A program made the position numbers and the translations under genes. Positions 13,094 to 30,413 of a stretch of DNA of 64,000 nucleotides are shown here, piece after piece. Every line of letters begins with the position of its first letter. Position 1 is the first letter of the stretch. The notes under the pieces were generated by a model. The model ran no database searches and was not told the DNA's origin. It saw only the letters and a program-made list of their open reading frames with translations. This DNA comes from Chrysomallon squamiferum (Eukaryota; Animalia; Mollusca), in the NCBI GenBank assembly GCA_012295275.1, contig CM022669.1:12524001-12588000 (forward strand), in the 5' to 3' direction.

Positions 13094-15237
13094 TATTTTA
13101 TTTCTATTTTTATTATTTATATAAGACATCAACATAAATAATATTACGAATAACAAATTTCAATTTATTTTGTTTTATATATCCTGAATCAAAAAGTAAT
13201 ATTTTATTATTTTTGTTTTGTTTTTGTCTTTTTAATATATTTTTTGATTTTTAGAATTTTATTATTATTATTATTATTATTTATACAAATGACATCTAAT
13301 TTCCATATATATATATATTCATTACTTTAATTCCATGACAATTGCTATGTTGTAACCAGATCTCTAAATCTTCAAAAACGAAGAAAAAAAAAAATAACTG
13401 ACAAATTTTCACCGTGTATATAACATGATAAAAATATCTTATTGTTATGAATGATACACGTTTTAATATAATTATCGATATTCTTTTTATTAATGTTATT
13501 ATTTTATCAGGTATTCTACAGATTCAGTTCGAAAAAACAATATTAAAATGTTTGTTTGTTTTTGTTTTTTTAAATAAAAAAAGAAATAAAATAGATTTTC
13601 TTTTTTTTTGACCATTTTAAAATATCAGTTATACTGTGTAACACAAATATATTATCTGTTGCTGAATAACGTTATCGAATTCTGCTTGCATCTTATTAAA
13701 AACATAATGATCTCCAAGCTCAATTTTACAACTGAAATAAATAATTTGAAAAATTAGATATTGCTTATTTTCTGGATTAGTATTCCCCTGCTTGGCTTTT
13801 TCAGCATAGATTTTATAATTCCAGTTAATTCCGGTAATATATTCTCTAAAAACGACATTCAAAACAATTCCTAAGCTTAACTAATGATTTAGCTGTAAAG
13901 AATTGCGTATGTAGATAAATTACTATCAGTATTGTTAGTAAACAATAAAAGAAAATCATTACGTTTTCGACCGCTACCTGTTAGTACCTTTTAACAGAGG
14001 TATTCAGGTACACTTCTTTTCTCACGTCATCCAGCATTAAATAAACATATAAAATATATTAAATAAGTAAAAATACTTTATTAAAGGATCCTTTTTTTTT
14101 TTTTTTTTTTTTTTCATCGAATAAAAGATTAACAAAAATTTAAAAAACAAACCAAAAAAGCACTGGTTTCCCTTCCTTTGCTCACAGATATAATTTACGT
14201 TCAAACAGATCACCTGGAACATAATGTAAATGTGTAATTAATAAAATTCAGTCATTTTCTCTTTGATCGTCAACAGTGACTGCGATTTTGTACTCTGCTT
14301 GCTGAAATGAAGACGACCAATATCTTCAGTGCTGAAAAAATAAAAAAATAAAAATTAAAAACAAATAAAATCTTTCCGATTAATAGTATTCTAAACAAAA
14401 AGCAGGTAGATGTGGGAACATTTTTTTTGTTTATGGTTGACTGAACATAATTTTACTGTTTATCTCTGTAACTGTCACAGTTAAACACCATAGAGATAAT
14501 GATAGAGGAAACCTGTCGCTAGCCAACCAATTATTGTTTTCACCTAGCTGCACATAAAAGAATTTAATGGCTAAACAGTTCATCGTCTCGAATTATGCAA
14601 AAGACATTTAAAACTGAAGTCCTTATTAAGCTAAGAAAAAGGTTTGTTTAAAGCTATATCGAGTAACACAAGAGTAATGTATTTCAAAGAAATTCCGTAT
14701 AACTTGGTTCAAGTTTGAATTAGTATTTTTCTCTAATTATTATTTTTTTAATTTAGCTAGTTATTATTAATCAGATGGTAGCAAAAGGGATAAAATAAAA
14801 GTTATCAAAATACAGAAACACAAATTATAATTAATTTTTTTGGAGGATATAACATTAAACAAACAAACAAACAAACAAACAAACAAACAAACAAATAAAT
14901 AAATAAATAAATAATATTTTGCCCTATTAGTACTGAGATACGGAATGCAAAAGATCAAAGTATTGTGTACATGTATTATTACATTTTAAAACCATAATGA
15001 TAAGAACTGTGTCCTTAGTTTGCATTTACTATTTTGTATTTAGACCAAAGAAGCATATACAGCATAGACTGTATTTTATTTTACTAAATTGGAAACAAAG
15101 AATATTCTAAAACAATGTAGCGAACACCATAAAAGGAATTATAAATCATTAATCCATACCTTCAAGTTAAAATAGTGAGATCACTATTAAAAGACAACTG
15201 AGTAGTAGTCTTTAAAAATGAACTTGCTTAAGAAAGT

Positions 15238-15390
15238 CATGTTTTATTTAACGATGCACGCAAATGTTTTTTTTTTTTTTTTTTTTAATTTAAATAAAAT
15301 TTAATTATAGTTATACCATGTCGTGTACGAAATGAGAAAAAAAATTCCACAGCAATGAATTACTCCTTTTTAGAAATGCAGAACAGTTCG
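15238..15390. repeat. Degenerate fragment of a SINE-like interspersed repeat; a related piece lies at ~14478-14560
   Basis: ATGTTTTATTTAACGATGCAC (15239) and CACCATAGAGATAATGATAGAGGAAACCTG (14487) resemble, from memory, an abundant gastropod interspersed repeat. Not verified. Confidence 0.35.
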
Positions 15391-15404
15391 TATAGCGTAC
15401 CCTT

Positions 15405-15456
<52 letters not shown>

Positions 15457-15555
15457 CATACTAATAATAACAATAACAATAACAATAATAATATAATAAT
15501 AATTATACACACACATATATATACATACATACACATATTCATATACATATATATA

Positions 15556-15600
<45 letters not shown>

Positions 15601-15744
15601 ATGTATAAATAAATGAACATACGCTTTGACGATGATCGATTTTTTGAACTGCCAATCCACTACCTCTCTTTGTACATCTACCTAGAACCCACTTACTTAT
15701 CATTATTCATACCAGACTGTATCGGCTTTATTACTCTATCGTTA

Positions 15745-15784
<40 letters not shown>

Positions 15785-16167
15785 GTATTTTTTAATGTGT
15801 CCATTCTGTAGTGTTTTCTTATAGTTTAGTTCTGCTCCATGGAACTATGACTAATAGAGATTTTCATTCTTTAAACAAATCTTTTGTTGACATTGTTTAT
15901 TTTGGCTTGATTAAAATCGAAAGTTGTGTTTGTTTTAAAAGCCAATATTATGAATTGTGAATCTTTCCTTTAATGTCTTAGATTAAAATAAAAAATTGTT
16001 TTGATTATCTCGAGAAACAAGAAATGCCTAATATTTACTTTACATATTAGAAGTTATTTAAATATAGACCTAGGTAAACTTTCTTTATTTCTCTTTAAAA
16101 AAAAAGTTCTGATTAAAAAGCTATGCTTATATGTGTGACGTACTTTTAGATATCTTAATTAATACAC

Positions 16168-16254
<87 letters not shown>

Positions 16255-17105
16255 GATTCGTTATTTCATAAATTGACTGTTTTACTTTTCTTTGATCTTA
16301 TTGCCTTTTTTTCAGAGTGTAATTCTTGGATTTTAATTTACTAACATTTTTTTTTGGTCTGTTAACAAATATTGTATAAAATTATTATTTAACTTGATTC
16401 CAGAAATCTATGTGACTTTTATTTCGATTTTTAAAATACATGTATTTTTTAATGGGATTTACGTTCGACTATTCTTGTTTTTGAATAATGACTGGAATTT
16501 CTTTTCAGAATAGAAGTAATATAAAACTAACATTTGAATGAATAATATATCCGCTGTTTTCTTTAATATCTATGTATACAAACCGCTATAAAGTCAGGAT
16601 AGCATTCATAAATCCTTTATATAATTCTTTATGGACAACACAGCTCTTACTATGAGATTTTTATAAACCTTTGGTTATTCAGAGTACGTTTTAACAATAC
16701 AAAATATACAGAACTTATATCAAAGTGCAGACACTGATTGAGAATAGTTTCAAAACTACTAGTTCATTTTTTGCAATCTTACTTACTTTACAAGTAGTCT
16801 GAAAAGAAAGAATAATTAGAATTTTTCAATGTGTTTTGTTTCTCCCGCTTGCATGTGTTTGTTTTAGTTCAATTTTCATTGTCCATTCACTGTTTTTAAA
16901 ATATGAGAAGAATACATGTCCATACTTAACCGTGTGTATGAAACTCGATATTCTCTTTGCAGCTACACAAGGCTTGTTCTGTTTTTTTGTTGTTTTTTTT
17001 TGTAGATATAATATATCTATATCTATATCAATATCTATCTATCTATCTATATATATATACATACATACATATACATACATATATATATATGTATGTATGT
17101 GTATG

Positions 17106-17139
<34 letters not shown>

Positions 17140-17741
17140 TGTATGTATATATATACACACAACACACACATACATACACACATATATATATATATATATA
17201 TATGTATATCACTGTGTCTCTCTAGCTAAGCGAGTGTTGTCTACATTCAGTGACCGGAGAATGGGAAGACGACTGAAATTTATTATTGATCTTTCGCAAA
17301 AGAAAAGGAAACGTTTTAAAGAAATGATGTTGTAGTCTGATACTGCATCTTTATATCGATCCTTGTAAATGAGCTGATGATTCCTGTTATTCCGTTTTTC
17401 AAAATTCTCTTATTATAATCAGCGTGCATTTCACGAGTTCAACATCATGTAGTTAAAATAAGTGGACACTTTTCAAAACCGATTTTCTATCTCCAAAACA
17501 AGTTATCTGAGTTGGAGATTTCGCAAATATGAAGAAGTACGATTATGACCGGTTCAATTTTTTTTTTTTTTTAAATTTTTTTTATGAAATAAAGACAGAG
17601 TAACGAAAATGATTAAAATTATAAATTAAAATATGCTGATAATTGTTAAAACTGTTGGTCTATTTTTCTTTACAGTATATCTTTATCTATCTATCTATCT
17701 CTCTCGCTCTCTCTCTCTGTCTCTCTCTCTCTGTCTCTCTC

Positions 17742-17772
<31 letters not shown>

Positions 17773-17819
17773 GTTTGTCTGTCTATCCGTCTATCTGTCA
17801 ATATCTCTCTCTGTTTAAA

Positions 17820-17888
<69 letters not shown>

Positions 17889-19369
17889 TATAATATTACG
17901 GAACTACCGGTTGTAATGTTTGCCCATTTAATGTACAATTATCATTTAACAGTTTCCCACAACTGATTTACCTTACACGTTTGGTAACTGTAAATTCTTA
18001 TTAGAGTTTCTCTAGTTATTGTGAAGAATATACATACATACTTACATGCATACATACATACATACATACATACATACATACATACATACATACATACATA
18101 CATACATACATACATACACACTTATATCAGAAGGATAGTGGAATTTAGAGAAATGGAAAATATTTACGATTTTAATAAATTAGACTAATAAAATCAACAA
18201 TATTATTTTGTTTTGAGACAGTCTAGTAAAGCTTTTATATCTGTCTTCACGTTTTCTCTGTTTTATTTCAGCAGTATTCATGTTGATTAATATAGATTAG
18301 AAATGCGCCTTGTTTTGCACCAAATGTTGCTTCAGACTACAGCTAGAAGGGATGATTATTCTGAATGTAAATACTAAAATAAACATTTCCCAGACAACCA
18401 ATATTTAAAACTTACCGGATTCTTTTTTCTTTATTTTGAAAACGCATTTCCCGTTCTGTCCAGTTCCCATCGACTAACGTTCGAAGATTGCATTTTGTCC
18501 TTTCCTGTTTACAAGAATGTATACCATATCTCATTTTTAACACGAGATAATAATAATAATAACTACACGTTTGAATGTCGTTAACAGAGGATGAGAAAAT
18601 ATTCTGAGATTTAGTCCACAAAATATTGCATCATAATATGAAATATTATTATTTTTATTATTATTTGCTTTTTGTTAAAAAGCAAAATGAGATAAAATAC
18701 TAGTAATTGTAATCATTGTTGTGATGGTGATTGTTGTGGTGGTAATAGTAGAAGTAATAATAGTAATAGTTCTTTTTGTAAAATTAGTAGTAATAGCAAC
18801 CGTAACATAAGTAGTAGTAGAAGCTGAATTATTAGTGCCCTAGGTGGTAATCATTATGGTTATGTTAATAGTAGTAGTAGAAGGAATCAGTATTTCTGAA
18901 CTAGGATTTTATTTAGTTTTGTCTTCATGTATCAATATCTAGATGTTATACAATTAAAAATGAATCCTCAGTACCAGAATTTCTCTAGAGGATCAGTTTA
19001 AATAAAAACAGTAAAACATTCGGTAAGCGGATTTTCTTTAAAATAACTTGCTCGTGAAACGATTTTCAGAGAAATCATTCGAAAAATAAATTTTTCCACT
19101 TGGTTGTGACAGGCGTCACTATTAGTGATAGTCAATCAATTAAAACTCTCCTGACATAGACACACATAAAAACAATGAATTCCAATCTTTACACTGCTGC
19201 TATCGGCTTCACTGTCAATGTTAGTCAATTAATTAGTTGTTTACAATACTCTCCTTACATAGACACATAAAGATATAATGAACAGCAGTCTATCTATCAT
19301 ACGTAAAACCCATTAGTTTGAGAAAGAGTTATTCAAACAGTGTAAGCTTTTGACTGTGGTCGTTCTTGA

Positions 19370-20249
19370 CCGCAAAACAAAAATCGAAACTCCTGATGAA
19401 ATTGTTTTCTACAGTATAAAACAAAAAAACAGTTGTTTGTCCATTCAGTGTCTCTACCAACGACCAGCTTATGAGATTCAGCACCCCATCTCGAACAGTT
19501 ATCTCAAATTCGAGATTAAACACATTCAAATATATTACATAACATGAAAGCAATGGATGATGAAAGATTTCGTCGAAATATCATAGATCTGTTTTGAACA
19601 TTATTTCCATCCGATCTGTCATTCTACAAAATCTTTCTGTTACTGGAATCAGTTTTGTATATGATATTTTTTTTTTTAAATTGAAAATAGATACGAAAAG
19701 TCTTCCATGGCCATTCCTTTGTTATAAATATCATGTAATTCTCATTAACGTTGATACAGTGATTCACGTATGTTACATTTTCACGAGCATTTCGAAGGTT
19801 CCTTACTCCGTAGTGGAGATTTGTTGGCAACATGGCCATTAGCTGTAATAACAGAAACGATTATAACAATAGCTGCTCGTTTTATACAAGTCACTTTTAC
19901 TTTATGTGGAAACCAGACCGAGACACATTTTTCAAGTTTCACTGAAATCAACAGCCAGGTTGACCTATATTTGCAGAGTTATTGGCCCACAAGCATAGTC
20001 TGCACTCAGTCAAACTGTATTCATGGATGTCATAATTTACAAATCGCATTATCCACTAAGCACACCAGTGCAGAGAACCAAACTGTCAAAGACTGCTAGG
20101 AATTTCAGATATAACAACGTTGAAGGATGTTTCATCGATGACCTCTCCAAAACAACGAACACTAAAACATTAGTCACAAGGAATTGGCGCGCACACTTTA
20201 ATGGATCCATAGTAACTTTGTATTCTTCAGATTCAGTTTAATCAACCAT
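19370..20249 (-). pseudogene. Near full-length decayed GPCR pseudogene, head-to-head with gene 22514
   Basis: ATG GTT GAT TAA (early stop), then EEYKVT..., VLVFVVLERSSMKHPSTLLYLKFLAVFDSLVLCTGVL, WLLISVKLEKCVSVWFPHKVKVTCIKRAAIV and a WSLV..HQEFR remnant, with many indels and stops. Confidence 0.9.
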
Positions 20250-21093
20250 TTTCATTTTATTTAACCGAAAGTGGGCTGCAGCTGTATGTTAGAGTTCGTT
20301 TAATGGATTTAATGTTTTTTTGCTATCTCTTTATAATGTAATTGTTCGTTATTGTAAATCAGTTTACGCCAATCTTTCCACTGATATAAAAAAAGAACAT
20401 TTACTATGTAGCAGACTACTACATCTCATAATTTATGTAGCATGATGTACATGCATAGAGGTTGCCCTGCAGTTATAATTACAGGTCTGATGTTTGAGTC
20501 TATAATAATGATGGTCACGTAATCTGCATTAGTTATAATGTGGTCACCACGTTAATTATAATAATAACTATAGTTATAATGGTAAAGTAGTTTGCACTAA
20601 AGTTATAATGATATGTAGTATGCATTATATTTATTACTGTAAAGTAGACTGTAACAAAATTTTGTTTCAGCTGCTTCATTTATAGATTAAGTGATATTTT
20701 GGATCCAATACAGTTGTTATTATGTTCCGGTAGGAACTGCTCAGGGAAATGGTTTTCCAAGTGTAACGAATTTTCAGTGTATGATTCGTTTAAGGAAATT
20801 AAACTAAACATTTTTTTTTCTGTGTATGGAAACTTTTGAAATGAGCTCTTTTCCACTTTAGGTTTCTGTATGTTTCTCATTTTCATGAATTTCAGATTTC
20901 ATTCCAAACTTTTTCGTGTTATTCTCTTGCATAGACATATTAAGCTCGTGGAATTTATCAGACACGTAATATAATTTAAACAGCAAATTTTTATTGTTAT
21001 TTTAATTTTTATATTTAATTTTAATTTTTTAGCCTTGTCTACTATTTCACAGTGATTGCATTTCCGTACTTCTTTGAAAAATTCTTCCTCAAG

Positions 21094-21125
<32 letters not shown>

Positions 21126-21404
21126 AAAAAAAAGGAAAACATTATCACCTCTTCATTATACTCGACAGACAGAAAGATCTGACTTTGTAACAATATCTAA
21201 ACATAAATAAACGTAGAAAAAGCAAATTGGAATTTACATTTTATAAAATTTAAACACCATGAGGAATATATTCTTGTACAGAAATAAAAAGTGCTGGACC
21301 TAATTATTTACGGAAACAAAATTGAAAGAAAGAAAGACAGAAATAAAAATGTCAAATCTTTCTGCGACACGTAGTAATATTTAGACCAACTCTAGTTTGA
21401 GAAG

Positions 21405-21655
21405 TTCTGAAGTAGCTGAATTAGAGTTACAACGATGACGTAGTCTGAACTTGGTTTACAACGGTAACGTAATCTGAACTAGCGTTATAATGGTAACGGT
21501 AATATTGTCTGAACCAGAGTTATAACGGTAACTGTTGGAACTAAAGTTATAGCGGTAACATAATCTGAACTAGAATTATAACGGTAACATAGTCTGCACT
21601 TGGTCTATAACGGTCACGTAATCTGAACTAGAGTTATAACGGTAACAATCTGAAT
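21405..21655. repeat. Minisatellite, ~29-bp unit, about 8-9 copies; a degenerate relative lies at ~20460-20655
   Basis: Tandem TCTGAACTAGAGTTATAACGGTAACGTAA variants. Confidence 0.9.
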
Positions 21656-21820
21656 AAAGGCAACATGGTCCAATGAGCTGCTCATTTTTTCTTTTAAATT
21701 CAAAAAGCACATGAAATTATAATGAATGTGGACGAGCAATTTGGTTTAGTGCTATATCTCATATTTGTTTTTCTAGGCTTAATCTTTTATGCTAGACACA
21801 AATCTTATCTAACAGTTTTC

Positions 21821-21906
<86 letters not shown>

Positions 21907-21941
21907 GTGTATGTATATATTAATATTCATACAATTCGATA

Positions 21942-22045
21942 GAATTACTCCGCCCATCAGTTCAATATACAGCTCTTCGTTTGTTTACACTTAACAAAAA
22001 AGAATAGAAAGAAATTCTATTCGATATTTCAGTTTATCCATTATT
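21942..22045 (+). promoter_or_regulatory. Conserved upstream element with a GC box (candidate promoter of the 346-aa GPCR subfamily)
   Basis: AATTACTCCGCCCAT...TTACACTTAAC...ATTCTATTCGATATTT is found in the same gene-relative orientation upstream of genes 22514, 31455 (32140-32242) and 43210 (43555-43662). Regulatory function is inferred. Confidence 0.5.
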
Positions 22046-22513
22046 TTTCTCGTTGATCTAACAATGTTTTTTTAGAGTATAAATGAGTGGTCATCATTTG
22101 TAGCACTCTATTTGGTTTCCTTTAACAACAGAGATAAATAAAAAAATAACATCAACAACAACGGATAGAAAACTTGACTGATATTTCAGTTTTCCATTCA
22201 TTATCGATATACATTTGGTCAACGATTCATAGAAACATTTGTAACAATCTCACCAACAGCCGCAGCAACAAGAATGGATAGAAAACCTGCTTGATTACTG
22301 AGTTCTTCCATTTTTCTTAAAGACGACTCAAGAACATTTCTTAAACTATAAAACTGAGACAATAATTTCATTGTACATCTGAAAAGAACTGAGATTAGCT
22401 TTTCAGTTATTCTTTGTTCCTAATTAATACTGGATTTAAATTAAAAAGACATTAAAAATAATTATCAATACAAATATTTATGTTTCAACTGGAAATAACT
22501 TGTCTGAAGAACA

Positions 22514-23554
22514 ATGACTGAGTTAGCCGATTTTCCTGAATATAGAGCTTCTGTTGCTATTTGGAAATACGTTCCGCCGTTCATGCTGACACTAGGACTG
22601 GTGGGTAACTCTTTAGCGTTCATTGTTTTGTCATGGTCATCATCAATGCGAGAAACGACGATGTCGCTGTATTTGAGGTGTTTGGCTGTCTTCGACAGTC
22701 TCGTTCTCTGTACTGGCTTGTTAAGACGCTGGTTAAAATATCTAGTTCATTACGACATCAGAACATACAGTACGACTGCATGCAGACTGCACGTGTGGGC
22801 GACCTATTCGACGGCGTATATGTCGGCGTGGTTGTTGGTGGCGGTGACGTTGGAAAGATGTTTGTCTGTCTGGTTTCCACATAAAGTAAGAATGATATGT
22901 ACAAAGCGTGTAACTATTGCTATAATTGTGTCCTTAATTTTAATAATGGCCGTTTTGCCAGGACATTATATTTTTGGATATGGCGATTCTGAAAAAACCG
23001 AAGGAAATGAAACACACATCCTTCACTGTGTAGCTATTACTGATGAATACGACACATTTGATAATACAGTTTGGTCATGGGTAGATTTTTGTGTCTACAG
23101 TTTCTTACCTTCTTTCATTCTCATCGTATGTAACATTTTAATCATTTACAAAATTGTTTCTGGTAATCGACAGATTTTGCAGAATGACACGTCCTGTGGA
23201 AACAACATTCAGAACAGATCTGCATCAGTTCGACGAAATCAATCGTCATCCATCACGTTCATGATGCTAGTCGTAAGTGCGACGTACGTAATTTGTACAA
23301 CTCCTTTTTGTGTTTCAGTAATAAATTACAATATGTTTTTGGGCGAGTTCGAAAATGTTCATGACGAGGCAGTAGACGAATTAATGTGGTGCCTGGTCAA
23401 TATGTTGATGTACACAAACAACTGTATCAATTTTGTGTTATACTGCAGTACTGGACAACGATTTCGACAAGAAATGAGGACTTTGTTTTGTGGTCGTGAG
23501 CGGAGACAATCTGACATCTACAGTGTGCCGGTGACCCAGAGTCATACTTTGTAA
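22514..23554 (+). CDS. Class A GPCR, FMRFamide-receptor-like/Srw-type, intact single-exon CDS
   Basis: 346-aa ORF, 7TM, with GNSLAFIVL, LYLRCLAVFD, VTLERC, YSFLPS, CTTPFC and NNCINFVLYCSTGQRFR. Confidence 0.96.
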   Translation: MTELADFPEYRASVAIWKYVPPFMLTLGLVGNSLAFIVLSWSSSMRETTMSLYLRCLAVFDSLVLCTGLLRRWLKYLVHYDIRTYSTTACRLHVWATYSTAYMSAWLLVAVTLERCLSVWFPHKVRMICTKRVTIAIIVSLILIMAVLPGHYIFGYGDSEKTEGNETHILHCVAITDEYDTFDNTVWSWVDFCVYSFLPSFILIVCNILIIYKIVSGNRQILQNDTSCGNNIQNRSASVRRNQSSSITFMMLVVSATYVICTTPFCVSVINYNMFLGEFENVHDEAVDELMWCLVNMLMYTNNCINFVLYCSTGQRFRQEMRTLFCGRERRQSDIYSVPVTQSHTL

Positions 23555-23899
23555 TATAAGCATTCAGTTAATTGTCTATTGTTTGTTTTAATTGTTATTA
23601 ATGCATTTATAACCATATTACCAATTCTGACAATGTGCTTTTCAAAGAAAAAACACGAAGTGCGTTAACTTTATGATAGGACATATGTAATTGTTCTTAC
23701 AGAGAAATGATATGGTGTTTGTTGACATATACCTCGTCGCCGCATTCACGACATTCGGATTTTACCTTTTAGGCAGTCGAAAAGGTTTTCTTTTATTAAT
23801 GGTCGAGATAAAAGTTTTTATTGAACACACTAAATATAAATGTTATCAAGGATTAATTATTTACGAGATAAAAGCTGCTAGATAAAATTGTTTATATCA

Positions 23900-26760
<2,861 letters not shown>

Positions 26761-27069
26761 CCTTTGCTTGCTGATCTATAACTATAACCCAAGGAAATAG
26801 CGCAGTCGGTTTTCTTTTGTGTCCTTTCGCAAACAAAACCCCATGTCCAGCTCTTAACAGTCATAAAATTGCAATAGCAAATAAAAGTCTTTTCAACGAT
26901 TACTCTGAATATATCGCTGGAACAGTTAAATTGTTTTCACGCAATTACAGTACAGAACCAATTGATTTTTTAAGTTTTATTTATAAGTGATATACCTTTT
27001 TTGTTTTGTTATAATTTTTACTCAAGATAAAACTGAAAAGCAAAATAAAGTTTGAAGAAATTATGTATA

Positions 27070-27761
27070 CAGTGGTACCTTGACTTAGAAATCAATTTTC
27101 CCAACTGAAATTCCAGACCCCCAAAACCACCCCAGTTTTTTGTAACATATTTTTAAATAAGAAAAATGTATTTATAAATGACAAATATTGTATAAAAAAA
27201 AACAACAAAAAAACTGAAAGAGAATGTAAAGCAATAAACTGGTTTTAGGAAGTGTACAGGATTAGGGTTTCTCCATCTTTTCAGGGACAGAGGTCCGCAG
27301 CTTAGAAATTATTTTAACGCCTTTCGCTGGAGTTACAGCCTTTATCAACTCCTTCTGCTTCAGTATGATACATATCGTAGAAGTACTATGGTCGTTCTGC
27401 CTAGCCAAGTCGACTATATGCACACCTCACTATTTCATGCGTTAATTCAATGGACATCATCCGCTTCTTCTCAGCACTGTCCTTTGCACTCATTTTCTTA
27501 GGATCCACGGTCAAGGATATATGGAAATGTGGCAAAAAAATAAAAAAAATAAAAAAATAAAAATAAAAAAACCTGCACAAAAGGCGTGCACAACTCAATA
27601 GAGATGCTTCCACCGGGAGGTAACAACGTGAAGCAAACCAGTGAGGATATTGATCGTAACTCGGATTTTGGCTCGTAACTCAAAGCAAACAATCGACAGG
27701 GCGATTGCTCCTGACACGGAAAACTCGTAAGTTGGGGCATTCGCAAGTCAGGGTACCACTG
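27070..27761 (-). mobile_element. Non-autonomous Tigger/pogo DNA transposon, copy 2 (inverted relative to copy 1)
   Basis: TA|CAGTGGTACCTTGACTTAG ... GCAAGTCAGGGTACCACTG|TA. The minus strand encodes DPKKMSAKDSAEKKRMMSIELTHEIV, homologous to the HTH remnant in 12415-13093. Confidence 0.92.
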
Positions 27762-27807
27762 TATATGTATGTATGTATGTATGTATGTCTGTATGTATGT
27801 CTGTATG

Positions 27808-27905
<98 letters not shown>

Positions 27906-28267
27906 ACGGTACGCAAGTCCAACCACAGTTTTTTTGGAGAGAGGGGGGGGGTCTATCTTTCGCGATCATTTATGCGAAACCATGAAAGAAAATGCACCTT
28001 CGGCAGCACTAATCTGTGCAACGATAATTCACCCTTTATAATGTTTAAACGTTGCTATAACAATACGGAAATGCACTGGTGTAAGAGCTTCGCAATACGT
28101 AATCACGTAAGCATAGGTTTGTCCCGTATCGAGGAAATCTCGCGTGAAACGTCGAGATCGGTTCGGTACGTGGAAGTTACGTCTATGCTAAACCTCTCTA
28201 CTTTCTTATGAGCGGTGGTAGGTCGTCCAAAACAACAAAATATTCATTTTGAAGATTAAAAAAAAAA

Positions 28268-28301
<34 letters not shown>

Positions 28302-30007
28302 CAACAACAACAACAACAACAACAAAAAGAACCCCGACAATACTGAACCATTTATTCATACGCCAGAGGTACACTTTAATATGAAAGAAACTGAACATTA
28401 TATGTGCATATAATATGGAGTGTATTAATTTATTTATCTTTTAAATATTTATTTTTATTTTCAGTCCCAACAGGTCGTCATTAATTAGATACAAAATCGT
28501 ATTTATTTATTTATTTTCATTAATCGTTTTCTTTTCAGTGATTATACTACAGACGTGCAACATGGTTGCCGTAACATACTATGATTTACTAAACCACAAA
28601 ATTCTATGGTATCTTATTACATAATGAAATAAAAAAAGGCAAAATAAGCATGAATAAATGAATGAAGACAATAAATCAATAAATAAAATAAATAATGATA
28701 AAAATAGATAGATAAAATAAATAAATAAATAAATAGAAACACAAAGTTATGTAAAATAAAATAAAACCAAATTTTCGGAATACATTTTACTGGTAATACT
28801 TTTATCAACATAGAAATTCAATGCATTATGTAACAAGCAATACGTTTTTTCTATTAATATAGTTATCAAACGTCGTAAAACATTATTTTTCCTTTTTTGA
28901 GTAAAATCGAATAATTGTTATGAACACTGACATTATATTTAAAAGAAAAAAGATTAAAAAAAAAGAAGAACAAAGAAAGAAAGCACGCATAATAAAATTA
29001 GACTTCCACTTTATAAATCATATGCTAAAAATATTCTTTCTTAAGCACTTTTCTCGAGAACATTAATTATTAAATTTTCTAAATTTACATGACTTTATCA
29101 TAAAGCAAATGTCTAGTTACTATTGTTTCATATGTTAACTTAAAAGCTCTTCAATGAAATTGAGTTAATAATAGTATCTAGTACACAAATTCACTGACAT
29201 TTAAGAGCAAATGAAGGTTTCAAATTTGTAACAAATTTCAAAAGGAGGCAATAAAAATCAATATTAAGAATATTCCTGATTCTTCCGATGTATATACACT
29301 TTTGTCTTTACCTAATAGCTTCATTTGATATCAAACAAATTAACTACTTCAGGAAATGTCTTGTTTCCCGATAAAAGAAAATTAAATAAAAACATTTTCT
29401 ATTGATAATGACAATAAGTCTTGATGAAAGCAGGTATTTTCGAAAAGTATATATAATTAAACGATAGGCGAAAAACCTTTCACTGGAAAATATATTAAAA
29501 AAGCAAATATTAATAAATTCAGACTTAAGCTATAAGAATTATTGGTAATTCTATGGTTTGCAAAAATGATACATTTCAACTTTTGAAATTTACATATAAA
29601 TGGAAAGAAAGGAACATCTTTAAAGGAATCGGATTTTAAAATTTCTTATTAAAGACAGAGCAAAGGGAATCTTTGACTACGTTACAAGCGCTTTTCTCAA
29701 AGAACAAATATTTTCTTTTTATTATATTCTGATGTTATTTAAAGTTTTTGAAATAGTCAAAGACTTTTTTCTTATTGTAAAGTATTTATCGTAAAACATT
29801 GCCAATAAAACTGACATTTGAAAAGAAACATAATTAATATTGACAAAGCTCAAAAAGTAATCAAAACGTATGACAGAAAAAGAACCGATACAATTGTTCA
29901 TTATTCTTGAATAGAAACGATTTTAAATGATGTTTCAGTATTCAAACATTTGTCGAATTAGACTTCTGTGCATTTCCTTGATCATGAACAATAATACAAG
30001 AAAAGAT

Positions 30008-30059
<52 letters not shown>

Positions 30060-30413
30060 TTAAATCGTGTTACTTATTATGAATATAAACAATAATATGT
30101 AGCAATACGACAGTTTAAAGTTTTTGTTACGTAAAGAGTCTTTGAATAACCCGGATTCTTAGCATCTTCCATAAAAGCTGTCATCTGGACTATCAGTAAG
30201 AGAGAAACTATCGGTTAAAAAAGTTAAAAATGCCAAAATTGAGTTTGGACAACAAATCTACACCGTATTATTTTACACATCATTTACAAGTGTCGTTTCC
30301 GAAATGGCTTCATGTACTTCTTTTGAAAAGCACATTATCAAAATTTGTAATGTGGTTATAAATGCATTAATAACAATTAAAACAAACAATACACAATTAA
30401 CTGAATGCTTATA

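Noticed and set aside
22480-22521. Upstream out-of-frame ORF (MFQLEITCLKNND*) overlapping the start codon of gene 22514
   Set aside because: The upstream ATG is not conserved in paralogs 31455 or 43210 and the transcript start is unknown.
23537-23554. C-terminal QSHTL as a class I PDZ-binding motif
   Set aside because: Position -2 is His rather than Ser/Thr, so it does not fit the class I consensus.
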